Assembly: GCF_006345805.1 (NCBI RefSeq) | Contig: NW_021825194.1 | Coordinates: forward strand, 1 to 64,000 | Length of the DNA stretch: 64,000 nucleotides | Reading direction: 5' to 3' | Source of the DNA: Octopus sinensis | Taxonomy: Eukaryota | Shown: positions 52,225-64,000 of the stretch, in pieces | Numbering within the stretch: position 1 is the first letter of the stretch | How the letters are laid out: every line of letters begins with the position of its first letter | Notes under the pieces: model-generated | The model's input: the letters and a program-made list of their open reading frames with translations, nothing else | The model's database searches: none | What the model was told of the DNA's origin: nothing | Made by a program: the position numbers and the translations under genes

Positions 52225-55200
52225 ATGCCTACTACTACTACTACTGCTGCTGCTACCTCAAGGAATCTACCTCCTACTACTTCCACCAGTCACAAAGGTC
52301 GCCAAAACCTCGACAAACTATCATCCACACCTCTCACAACTCACACACGCACCCACACACCCACTCGAAACCCCATAATTTGCCGTTATTCTCTCCGCCA
52401 TAGATTGTGCACTGATAGAGACTGCAAATTCACCCAATTACCCGGGACAAAACGCATTATCCCCACAAACTACAAAGCCACCACCCTATTACAACACCAT
52501 CACAACCACCAAAATCTCAAACAAGGAATCCCCAAATCTGCCGCTACTCCCAGCGAGACAGATTATGTTTGCACAGGGATTGTCCCTTTACCCATCTCCC
52601 GGGGACTCGTCGGACAAATAATTATAAAAATAAAAACCAAAAAAACCTACGACTCATATGGAAATAACCACTCATATAAAAATAACCACAACCACAGTCA
52701 CCTACAGTTCCCTAGACAGGAAACTTCTTCTTCCTCTTTTTTAGCGATAATGAATCTAGCAAAAGAACTGGAAAAAACATCCGCGCTATCACCCACCACC
52801 ATCCACCACTATCACCCCACTGCACATGCCATTAAAAAGCAATCAAATAAACAAATCACCAAAACAATTAAAACCATCCACTCTCGACTCAACATTTTTG
52901 CTTAATGCCCAAGGCATCAGCCCTTTCACCAATACCCAAAAATGGAAGATAAAATTCCTGGAGGACTGGGTCGATGCCCATCCAAACCACATCCCTTTCT
53001 TCGTCCTCACTGAAACCCATCTTAGTAACCTTCACTTGGAAGCCGAGGTGAAAGTTAAAAATTTCAAAGCCATTCGTGCTGATCGTGCTGGTTCTTCTCT
53101 CTCAACCCCTGACAGGGAGGCAGTGGAATCGCTTCTTGACTTCATGGATGATTTCTTCCTGTCCCAACTGGTGCTCGAACCAACGAGATGTCATAAAAAC
53201 GTCTTAGACTTAATTTTCAGCAATCACACTGATACTATTCACAATATTGCAGTGGAGAAAACCCTACTCTCTGATCATGACATGGTTCTCTGTGATCTGA
53301 GATTTCACTGGCCAAAATGCAAAACAAATGTCATCCCTCCTGTTCATCCATTTGACATTATGGATTTCCACAATGCAAACTGGGAAGCGATCAATAATGA
53401 TCTTGCACAAGTCGATTGGTACTTCACGCACACATACACACCCACTAACATCAAAAAGTCATGGCAGTCATTTGTAGACACCATTACGAACATATGTGTC
53501 GAATCCCTAGTAATAGAAAATCTCTCGTCAGGAAAATTAAAAGAATTAACAAAAAAATCAACAAGCTGAAATACTGTCAACAGCAACACACCGACCTGAC
53601 TGCCATCTCGTCGCTAGAGATTAAAAAACATAAACTTCAAAACAACATGATGTCTATCATCAATAGTCAGAGAAGAGCTGAAGAGGCCTGGGCCATTGAG
53701 AAGATCAAACTCAATCCCAAAGTGTTCTTTTCATTTGCAAAAAAACACAGTCACTGGTTCTACTGTTAGCCCTCTGATTGATGAAAATGGTACTCTTCAA
53801 GACAATGCCAAAACCATGGGAGAGATATTGCAGAAACAATATTGCTCTTTTTTCAGCAATCCTGATATGACTGATCTGGGCTGTATCAGTGATGTTACTC
53901 CCCAATACACTTTATCGGACATAACCTTTGGCGCTCCTGATGTCTTAGCAGCAATAAAGGAAATGAAGCATAATTCAGCAGTAGGTCCCGATAGGTTCCC
54001 TGCTTGTGTCTTGAAGATGTGTCAAAACCGACTTTCACCCCCTCTAGCCAATCTGTGGCGGAACTCACTGGATGCTGGATATATACCAGAAGACCTTCTA
54101 TTCCAGTCTGTTGTCCCAGTTTTCAAAAAAGGAAACAAATCGCTTGCCGTGAATTACCGTCCAATCTCACTCACCTCTCATATCATTAAGATATTTGAGA
54201 GAGTGCTGAGATCGCGTATGACTCACTTCCTTGAGAGTCATAATATGCTGGACTCCAACCAGCATGGATTCCGTAATGGAAGAGATTGCCTGACGCAGCT
54301 ACTGCATCATTTTGATGACATTTTGAGAGCCTTGGGAGAGGGTTCCAACACTGATGTCATCTACCTTGATTTCAGCAAGGCCTTTGACAGGGTTGATCAT
54401 AAGATCCTTTTGAGAAAGCTGTCCAATATTGGTGTCACTGGAAAGCTGCTGCAGTGGACCAAGTGCTTCCTGTCTAACAGAACCCAACATGTTGTAGTCG
54501 AAGGAGTCAAATCCAGCCCAGCCAAAGTCAGTAGTGGTGTCCCACAAGGCACTGTGTTGGGCCCACTTCTCTTCATCATCTACATAAATGATATTACTTA
54601 CTGACACCAACACAAACACAGTAAGTCAGAACCTTCGCTGGTGATTCCAAGCTCCAGAAGGTCATCAATGGCGTGGATGACCGAATAAGCCTTCAGTCAG
54701 ACCTACTGGCTGTTGTCCAATGGGCGGGAAAGAACAACATGTTGCTAAACGAAGACAAATTCGAACTGATCCACTTTGGAAGGGAGGACGCTCTGAAACT
54801 CCCATACTCCCTTCCTTCTGGAGAAATTCTCATGGCGTCCAACATCAGAGACTTGGGAGTAACTGTGGACAACAACATAAGCTGGGCTACACATATAAGC
54901 AGCAAAGTTGACATGGCCCGCAGAATGTGTTCCTGGATTCTCAGAACCTTTCAGTCGAGAGATTCCCACACTATTATCCTTCTCTTCTCCACTTTTGCCC
55001 GACCCCACCTTGAATACTGCTGTCCACTGTGGTCTCCCTACACAAAACAAAATATTATGAGAATTGAAGCTCCCCAAAGGTCAATCACAAAAAAGATAGA
55101 TGGCATGTCAGACCTTGACTACTGGGGTAGACTAGAGAAGCTGAAACTCTATTCACTCCAACGACGCCGTGAACGCTACGTTATCTGTATGATGTGGAAA

Positions 55201-55605
55201 ATATTCCATCAGCACTGTCCGAATGATGTTGGCATCACCTTCAAAATACATCCAAGGCTTGGACCACGTGCAATCCGTCCACAAGAAAAATCTAAATCGC
55301 ATCACATAACGACAATACGGCACAATTATTTCACCTCAATTGGACCCGCTCTCTTCAACATTACACCAGAACACGTTAAAACAGAAACTGACCACACAAA
55401 ATTCAAGAAGTCTTTGGACAAATTCCTTCAAACAGTCCCGGACAAACCACCCACACCCGGATATGTCTCCGCAAACAATAACTCTCTGCTCGAATGGGCT
55501 TTGGTGCTCAAATCCTGAATTGAAAGACTTCGCCAGGTGGTGCTATTAAGTTAGACATGGCCTGGGCCAATACTGGCCAAAACCTTTCTAAGTTATTCTA
55601 AGTTA
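52225..55605 (+). mobile_element. CR1-group LINE (second family), near full length, with frameshifts and a central APE deletion
   Basis: LNAQGI..LTETHL, LDLIFSN, SDHD. RT NYRPISLTS, QHGFR, YLDFSKAFD, GVPQGTVLGPLLF. C-terminal LEYCCPLWSP, YSLQRRRERY. The deletion junction has a CGTGCTG repeat at 53075-53090. Confidence 0.9.
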
Positions 55606-55719
55606 TATATATGTATATATATGTGTATATATATATGTATATATATGTGTATGTATATATGTATATATATGTGTATATATATGTATATATATATATGTAT
55701 ATATATATATATACATATA

Positions 55720-55766
<47 letters not shown>

Positions 55767-55799
55767 ATATATGTATATATGTATAGATATATGTATATG

Positions 55800-57969
55800 T
55801 AACGGGAAGCTTTATGAAAATAGACAAAAGACGAAGGCAGGTGGAAAACAAACGAACAATTGTATTAGTATGGCGCTCAGGAAATATAAATAAAACAAGT
55901 CTTTAACGTTTCGAGCCTACGCTCTTCAACAGAAAGATACGCAGAGAGAAAAAAAACACAGAAAGAAGGAGAGAAAAAAAATGCGTGCAGTAGCTAACGA
56001 ATCAACATGGCGATCTGATTTCGGCCAGAGGTCAAAGATCCAACATGAGACGCGAGAGCGAAATAAGGGGAGATAATAGGGTTGATAATATGGTTGAAGG
56101 ACCAGCTAATAGTGCGTAGGAGGGGTCTGGACGTGTGTATGTATAGGGTTGGTGTATGTATTAGTATGTATAAGGGTGTGTGTGTGTGTGTGTGTGTGTA
56201 TGAGAGAGTATTAGTGCGTAGGATTGGTGTGGACGTGCGTATGCATGGGGTTGGTGTATGTATTAGTATGTATTAGTATGTATTAGTACGTACTAGTATG
56301 TATAAGTGTGTGTGTGTGTGTGTATGAGAGAGTATAAGTGCGTATGAGGGGTCTGGACGTGTGTATGTATAGGGTTGGTGTATGTATTAGTATGTATTAG
56401 TACGTATTAGTATGTATTAGTTGGTGTATGTATTAGTATGGCACATCATATATGATGTGATGTGTGAAGTCGTGTGGTGTAGTGAGGAGAAGAGGGGGGA
56501 GAAGGGGGAGGAGAGGGGGGAAGAGGAGAGGATGGGTGAGAGAGAGGAGGGGGAGAAGGAAGCGGAGGAGGGGGGAGGAAGGAGGAAAGAGGGAGAGGGG
56601 GAGTGAGGGAGCAGAGGGAAGGGGAAGAGGGAAGGAGGGAGGGAGAAAGAGGGAAGAAGGGAAGGGGAGTAGGGGTGAAAGGATGAAGGACTGAAGAAGT
56701 AGGGGTCGGGGGGAAAGGATAGGTGAGGAGGGGGAGAGTGGGGTTAGATGAGGAGGGGGGGAGAGTTGAGACCAAATGGCGTATAAGAGCGAAGAGAGAA
56801 GATTAATTCCTGTTCACGGCGCAAACGGGAATCCGGATGGCCTCTGTGTAAGGAAAAACCGAACACAGATAGGTGTTGCAAGGAGTGACCGGTGGAGCAG
56901 AAATGGCGTGAGACCGGTGTGTCGTTCGCAAGGTGGATGTCACGAAGGTGTTCCGCGAACCGGTCAGCCAAGCGGCGTCCCGTTTGTCCGATGTACAAGG
57001 AATTGCAGAGAGAGCAAGAGATGCAATAGATAATATTGCTGGAGGTGCAGGTGAAGGAGTGGATGATGGGATAGGGTCGATGGTGGGTGCTAGTGAGGCG
57101 GTGGTGTTGGAGAGGTAAGGCAAGTGCGGCAACGTGGGCGGGAGCAGGGGAACGAGCCGGGTTGGGAGGTAGGGTCAGGGAAGGAGCTATGGACCAAAAG
57201 GTCTCGAAGGTGTGGGCTCGTTTGAAAGAGGTGAGGGGTCGGTTAGGGAAGAGGTGTGAAGTGGACGGGTCGGACTGGAGATGACGGAAAGCTCGAAGAA
57301 TGGTGCGTTGGAGACGTAGGTCGTGGGGTGGTAAGTGAGGGGAAATGGGAGGCGGGAGACTACAGGGCGGGTTCGGGGAGAGAGAGCAGATACACGGTCC
57401 ACGGACCGTGCTCTGGCAAGGGCGGTGTGGATAGTGTGAGGGGGTATCCACGTAGGGTGAAGTGGTGAGCCATACGTTGAGACTGAGTCTCAAAGTCATG
57501 GTCGTCACTACAGAGCCTACGTAGACGGAGGAATTGGGAATAGGGGATGGAAAGCTTGGTGTGTTCTGCGTGGGAGGAAGAGAAGCTGAGGTATGAGTGT
57601 GAGTCTGTGTGTTTGTAGTGAATGGAGGTGGTAAGAGTGGAGTGAAGAATGCTAACCGAAATGTCGAGGAAGGAGACAGAGGTGTTGGAGATAGTGGAAG
57701 TGAAGTGGAGGGCTGGATGGAAAGATTGGACGAAAGAGAGGAAGGAATCTAGATGTTCGCGGGAGAGTGAGGTGGCACCGATAATGTCGTCGATGTAACG
57801 ACCATATAGTTCGGAGTGGGACCAGTGAAATTAGAGAATATTTGGGCCTCAACATAGCCAACGAACAGGTTCGCATAGTTGGGGCCCATTCGCGTTCCCA
57901 TGGCCACTCCCGAGATCTGATGGTAGAACTCGCCCGCGAACGAGAAGCAGTTCAGAGTAAGGACAAGTT

Positions 57970-57975
<6 letters not shown>
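55800..57975 (-). mobile_element. 5'-truncated Penelope-like element: RT C-terminus, GIY-YIG endonuclease and pLTR
   Basis: GVAMGTRMGPNYANLFVG and FTCTSSNIIYCISCSLCNSLYIGQTGRRLADRFAEHL...RREQELI. Confidence 0.9.
55900..55937 (-). ncRNA. Ultra-minimal hammerhead variant (CTGTTGA core, 2-bp helix III)
   Basis: TCTTT-CTGTTGA-a-GAGC-GTAG-GCTC-GAAA-CG-TT-AAAGA. Confidence 0.6.
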
Positions 57976-58029
<54 letters not shown>

Positions 58030-58030
<1 letters not shown>

Positions 58031-59065
58031 AAGGGACAGGTAACCACAGTTAGGGCGTGCACATTTTTTAACTGATGGGGGTGGATGTGGTGTGTGAAGT
58101 TTGGCATTTGTCAAGAGTTTTTTCAAAGATTCATGTTGCCTTTTGCATTTGAGGATTTTTTGTGTATTGATAATATTATTCATTTTTGGGTCTGTGGACA
58201 GTAAGGGGAGGTTTTGTATGATTGTGGTGTATGCTTCGATATTTTTGGGGTTGTGGGTGGAAATGTATGGAAGTATTTTGGGCTTCTGTGTGTTGCTGTG
58301 TTGGGTGGTTTTCAGTGTATTATTGTCTAGTTCTTTGGCACGTTTTATTCCATACTCTATGAGACTGGAGGGATATTGGCGTTGTAATAGTGTTTTTTTT
58401 TAGGTCTTGAAGGCGTATTTCTCGAGTTTTTGGATCTGAGACAATGGTGCATACCCTTTAGCAAAGTTGAAAGGGATATTTATCTTGGTGTGTTTTGGAT
58501 GGCATGAGCTAAAGAGGAGGTATTCTTGTGAGTCTTGAGATGTCTGTTATGATTTGTTTGTTAGGTGTTTTTATAATTAGGAGATCAAGGAAAGGGAGAT
58601 GAAATTTGCTGAATTTCATAGTGAATTGAATGTTGGGATGTATGTTGTTCAGTGTGGTTTTGAATTCCAGAAGCTTTTCATAAGAATCTTTCCATATGAT
58701 GAAACAATCATCTAAGTATCTTTTCCAGTTTTCCATTAAGTAGATGCGGAAAACGTGTCCAAATTTCTGGCGTGATATCTCTTAGAGTGATAGTTCGAAG
58801 AAGCCCATTATGAAGTTCGCAAGGACTGGTGCAGCCTTGGTATCCATCGCAATATCACATTTTTGACGGTAGTGTGTGTTTTCAAAGCGGAAATAATTGT
58901 TTGTCAAAATGAACTTGAGTGATTCCGTAATGAAGGTCTTGTAATTGCGGTCAGGGAATGCCTCGGGGTGTTTCTCTAGCCAGAAATCAATTGCCTCAAT
59001 ACCATATTCATGCAGGATATTGGTGTAGAGGTTGATAACATCAAAGGACACCAAGAATGCCACTT
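58030..59065 (-). pseudogene. Penelope-like RT/thumb fragment (different family from 55800-57975)
   Basis: LVSFDVINLYTNI, LTNNYFRF..YRQ...AM..KAAPVLAN..MG, WKRYLDDCFIIW, HLPFLDL, KKCARPNCG. Confidence 0.85.
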
Positions 59066-59084
59066 CGTTAGTTTTTCTCCTTTC

Positions 59085-59126
59085 AAATCTTGAAAATTTG
59101 CTTTGCAATGAAAACCGTTTTGATTT
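59085..59126 (+). ncRNA. Minimal hammerhead with U3-A8 covariant core in an inverted pLTR (~59066-59250)
   Basis: AAATC-TTGAAAA-t/TTGC-TTT-GCAA/t-GAAA-ACCGTT-TT-GATTT. Confidence 0.6.
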
Positions 59127-59334
59127 ATTATTTAAAAAAATTTTCAATACACCCATATTTATTAAAATTTACTTTCAATTTAGCATTCTGCCTTATTATA
59201 ATTTTTCCTCTCCACGTGCGGTCAACACAACCCCACCATTTATTGATTTGTACATGTATATATATATATACATATATATGTATATATTTGTATATATACA
59301 TATATATGAATATATATATATATACGTATGTATA

Positions 59335-59444
<110 letters not shown>

Positions 59445-59455
59445 GTATATATATA

Positions 59456-61069
59456 CAGTTGCGGCAAAAATGTTCAGAACGGAATTGTTTTCGTCAGAAA
59501 AGTAGTTATAAGTTTTTATTAAAGTTGTTTTATATTTTATAATTTTCACAGAAATTGATTGATTGATTGATTCTAGTTTCAGCTCATGAGCTGTGGCCAT
59601 GCTGGGGCACCGCCATTTACATTAATTGGTATTGTCTGAGATTTTGGTGTAATTTGAGTAAAAAAGTTATGGATGATATAGTGATTTACTGCAAAACCCA
59701 TGGTGGCCAAAATGACCAGAACGGTTGAAAAAATAATCAAATAATCAAAAAGTGACAGAGAATGCTGGAATTATTTCATATTTAGTGTGAAGCCCTTTAG
59801 CTTCAATCAAAGTTTGACATTTTTGACTGCATGGGAAAATTAAATTTTCAATTTCTTGCTGGGTGATCTTATTCCATTCTTCCTGAAGGGCATTCCATAA
59901 TTGCTCGGTTGTTTTAGGATTTCTGGCTTTCAAACGTTCTAGAATATTCCACACATTTTCAATAGGATTGAGGTCTGGGCTTTGAGCAGGCCAATCCATA
60001 ACAATAACCTTTTCAGCCTTGAGGAAGTTCATGACCCTCTTAGCCTTGTGACATGGGGCATTGTCCTGCATGAATATAGGTGGTCGCTTAGTTGAATTTC
60101 TCAGTACAGGCAAGACATGATCTTTTACAAGTTGTTTATAAACTCCTGCATTTACCTTTCCATGTAATCGCAGCAAAGGGCCCACAACATCTCCAGATAT
60201 CATCCCCCAAACCATGACACTTCCTCCACCGAATTTAACACTAGTCTTAAGGCATTTAGGTGACAATTTTTCACCTGCTTTTCGACGAACCATCTGAACC
60301 AAATAACATAGACTTAGATTCATCACTGAAATGCACCGTTTGCCATTTTTCTTGAGACCACAACACATGTTCGGTTGCAAAGGTAAGATGACACTTTTTT
60401 TATTCTTGGAGCTGATCAGTGGCTTCACTGCAGGTGCTCTTGCTTGTAGGTCATGTTCAACTAAAGGACGAGACACAATTTTTCGAGATAAAGTTTTCTT
60501 CAGTACAATGCTTATTTCCCGAAAAACAGCTGCAGTAGTTTTAAATCTGTCTTTTTTAACCAACTTTACCATAGCACGATCTTCTCTTTTGGTCGTTTTT
60601 TCTTGGCCTACCTGTAGACTTTCTTGCTTCACACGAACCACAATCATCGTAGACCTTAAGAATACCGTGAACAACACTTTTTGACTTGTTAACAATCTTT
60701 GCAATAGACCTAATACTTAAATTATCCTTCTTTCGAAGCTTAATAATCTGCTGACGAATTGGTAACAAAGTACACTGCAGATATTCTTACTAATGTTTAG
60801 TAAACGAACTGTCACGTAAACAAATTCAAAACATTAGAGTTCGACATTAAATATACTAAAACATGGAGTAAAAGCAACCGTTCTGATAATTTTGGCCGCC
60901 ATGGGTTTTGCAGTAAATCACTAAATCATCCATAACTTTTTTTATTATCCTCTCAAATTACACCAAAATCTCAGACAATAACAACTAATATCGTATTTAT
61001 TGTCTGGGAAAATTATAGAATATAAAATAACTTTGATAAAAACTTATACCTACTTTTCTGACGAAAACA
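59456..61069 (-). mobile_element. Tc1 (DD34E) transposon with long IR/DR-type TIRs; frameshifted transposase at ~59775-60770
   Basis: GRPRK, FSDE, GGSVMVWG, FMQDNAPCH, WPAQSPDLNPIENVW. TIRs ~59456-59730 and ~60870-61069, with outer and inner repeats ..GGC.AAAAT..CAGAAC. Confidence 0.9.
59555..59618 (-). mobile_element. CR1-group 3' tail inserted in the left Tc1 TIR
   Basis: AAATGGCGGTGCCCCAGCATGGCCACAGCTCATGAGCTGAAACTAGAATCAATC... Confidence 0.85.
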
Positions 61070-61074
61070 GAATG

Positions 61075-63500
61075 TGATTAACTTGACACTGGATGGTGAC
61101 CATAGCTGAGAGCAATAGTCAAAGTGGCTTAGGATAAGTGTCCTCCAGAGGACCATCATAGTTTCCTGGTCTCTTGTTCTAAAGGTTCTAAGAATCCATC
61201 CGGTCAGCCGCCTACATTTCATTGCCAATTTAGCAACATGCACGTGAAAGGTTGCATCATCACTCATGGAAATACCCAAGTCTCGCACTGATTGTGCCTC
61301 TGGGATGGATTGCAATCCCTCCAGGTCCAGTGTATTTATTGGGTATTGCATTTAGTTTTGCATGCTGATAGCATAAAGCTTGAAACTTTTCAGCATTGAA
61401 CTGCATGCTATTCTTTTCAGCCCACTTGTATATTTTGTCCAGCTCACATTGCAGGTGCATAGTGTCTTCAGGGTTCTGTATTGCCTGTGAAACTTTTGTA
61501 TCATCTGCATAACTTGTGATCGTGGCTCTCTGCGTGGCTGAGGGCATGTCTGAGAGGGTCATTATGAACAGCGGTGGTTCCAAAACAGTGCCTTGCGGAA
61601 CACCGCTCACTATTTGCGTGTTATTGGAGGAGGCCCCATTGGCTACTACCACCTGACTTCTATCCTTCAGAAAGTCATGAAGCCATTCTCCCAATTGTCC
61701 AACTATGCCAAGATCACGCAGTTTGTGACATATCATTCCATGATCGACTTTATCAAAGGCCTTTGCAAAGTCGAGATATATGGCTTCCACATTTGAGTGG
61801 TTGAGCAGTCGTTTCAGCACCCAGTCATAGTGTTGTAGGAGCTGAGTTAGGCAGCTTCTTCCTGGTCGGAAACCATGTTGGGTGTCAGGCAGCAAGTCAT
61901 TTTCTTCAAGGAAGGTGATTAGTTTCCTTCTGACTATTCGTTCCATGACCTTGCTGATGTGTGAGGTCAGAGAGATAGGTCTGTAGTACTTGGCCTCCGC
62001 TCTGCTACCTCCTTTATGAATAGGGCATATTTTACCTTCCTTCAGTTTTCTTGGAAGTTTGCCAGTTGCAAAGAAGCTCTGAAAGAGGAACTGCAGTGGT
62101 CTTGCTAGGACTCTCTTACATACTTTTAGAAGGATTGCTGGGAATCCATCGGGGCCAGTAGCTGAGTTTGTTTTCATTTCATCTATAGCCTTTATTACAT
62201 CGTCTTCCTTTATATTGATGTAATCAATCATCACTGCCTCTGATTTTATATCTGCAGTGGTAAAGAAGTCAGTTGGATTGCTGACTTGAAAATGCCCTAG
62301 GGGTGGAGTGAAAATACTCTTGAATTGCTCATTTAGTATTTCACTTATCCTCATTGGATTTCCTGTGAGTGTGACATCCTTTTCAAGGAGTGGCCCTATC
62401 CTACAGTGCACCGTAGCTGTTTCTTTGGCATACTTGTAGAAAGCTCTAGGGTTAGATTTTATGTTGTCTATAGCCCAGGCTTCTTTGTCTGCTCTTTCTT
62501 TTTCATGGAAGAGTTGCAGACATTTTTCAATTTCCAACAGTTTTATTTTCAGGCGGGACTTTTCACTGCTTTCAATTTGTTTGTTGAGGCGATTTGAAAC
62601 TTTTGTACGTCGTCTCATTAGAATTTTCCTCTCTCTGGGGATTTTGTTCTTGTGTACAGTGGCCTTTCTCTCTGGGACACATTTGTGGCCTATGGCTTGC
62701 ATTACAGACATGAATTGTTGAAGTATCATATCGATGTCTGGCGAGGAGAGACATTCAGGCCAGTTTTATTTGAGGATCTCTTTCTCAATTTGTTTCCAGT
62801 TTGCCTTATGGAAGTTCAAGCTGGAAAGATTCTGAGAGTTTCTTGTAGACTGCATGCTTTTCTTTGGCCCGTACATGGTCAGCTCAACCATGTTGTGATC
62901 CGAGACTAATGTCGGTGTCACTATCACATTATGGATGAGATCCATATTATTTGTGAAGCAGAGATCCAGTATGTTACCTGCCTGGTTGATTGGAGTATTA
63001 TTTGCTCCATGTACAGAGTGTTGATGAGGTTCAGGAGGGACCTCGCCTGTCCTTGTTCGCATCGTGTCATTCCTGGGAGAGAAAGGCCCTCGGGCCATCT
63101 GACATTGGGCAGGTTGAAGTCTCCCATAAGAAATACACTTATGTGTTGTTCTAATGTGACTAGAAGTTCTACTTTTATAAGGCAGTCTTCAAACTTGCCT
63201 ACATGGCTTGGGGTATCCGGAGGGCGATATGTAGCACATATAACTACACCAAGTTGCCTTATATGTACAATTAGTGTGTCACACACCGAATTTGAGTATG
63301 ACAAAAGGACCTGGGGTGTGAGGTCCTCGCGGATGTACATAGCAACTCCTCCATGACTCCTTTCTTTTCTGTCGGTCCGTAGTACAACATACTGTGGTAT
63401 GTGTATTTACGCATCTGCTACGTCCGGTTTCAGGTGTGTTTCCGTAAGTGCTATGCATAAAGCTTGATTGCATGCAAAAAGGTCTCTCAAGAACGGGATT
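61075..63500 (-). mobile_element. CR1-group LINE ORF2 (APE and RT), frameshifted, lacking its 3' end
   Basis: ALTETHL, GGVAMY, YRPP, GDFN, LDLCFTN, SDHN, YRPISLTS, QHGFR, YLDFAKAFD, GVPQG, YADDTK. Confidence 0.9.
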
Positions 63501-63511
63501 TTTGTATGTAT

Positions 63512-63563
<52 letters not shown>

Positions 63564-63574
63564 ATATATATATA

Positions 63575-63687
63575 TCTCGGGGTCGTGGGTTCGTGCCCCA
63601 CGTTGGGTGCCATTATTTAAATGGCGGTGCCCCAGCATGGCCACAGCTCATTAGCTGAAACTGGAAAAAATCAAAAAAATCAAAATC

Positions 63688-63690
<3 letters not shown>
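63575..63690 (+). mobile_element. tRNA-Lys(CTT)-derived SINE-like chimera: tRNA 3' half ending in CCA plus CR1-group 3' tail
   Basis: TCTCGGGGTCGTGGGTTCGTGCCCCACGTTGGGTGCCA (63575-63612) matches the 3' half of metazoan tRNA-Lys(CTT). The LINE tail starts at 63619. Confidence 0.75.
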
Positions 63691-63731
<41 letters not shown>

Positions 63732-63732
63732 G

Positions 63733-63823
<91 letters not shown>

Positions 63824-63827
<4 letters not shown>

Positions 63828-64000
63828 TATTATAAAAGGCAGATTTTATCTGCCTCCCTTTGGGAGTTATAGAAATCTACAATATAGGATTTCTTCAATT
63901 ACAATTTACCTCGCATTTTTGAGAGTACAATGCATCGCGTCATGCCAGGTCCAGTTTTTAAAATTTAAACTCCAATTAACCAAAATTTACAGAAAACTCA
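63824..64000 (+). mobile_element. Start of an interspersed repeat, possibly Helitron-like, running off the window
   Basis: TC..TATAAAAGG start directly after (AT)n; family call from recall only. Confidence 0.3.

Overview
This is repeat-saturated, AT-rich animal genomic DNA. The SINE and LINE tails resemble repeats I recall from Octopus genomes, but that organism call is an inference. I can support no intact host gene, rRNA, functional tRNA gene or CRISPR array, and nearly all YIYI/CVCV ORFs in the track are microsatellite artefacts. The window holds decayed transposons: CR1-group LINEs, RTE, R4/Dong, L1/Tx1, two Gypsy remnants, Tc1, three mariners, a Chapaev3-like element, a Helitron helicase remnant, MITEs and tRNA-derived SINEs. 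It also holds Penelope-like elements (PLEs) with RT and GIY-YIG fragments. The main unannotated signal is about 29 type-I hammerhead ribozyme motifs of about 13 sequence types, read by eye. They lie in roughly 0.25-0.56 kb pLTR/retrozyme-like units that mostly sit in (AT)n tracts, often as tandem arrays. Several diverged families share three traits: a mismatch at the base of helix II, a GGT...ACC hairpin about 12-18 nt from a fixed 3' end, and inverted or fold-back 5' ends. Two further hammerheads carry the compensatory U3-A8 core. Separately, an RTE LINE and an R4/Dong LINE share a homologous, structured 5' module. All coordinates were counted by eye and may be off by a few bases.
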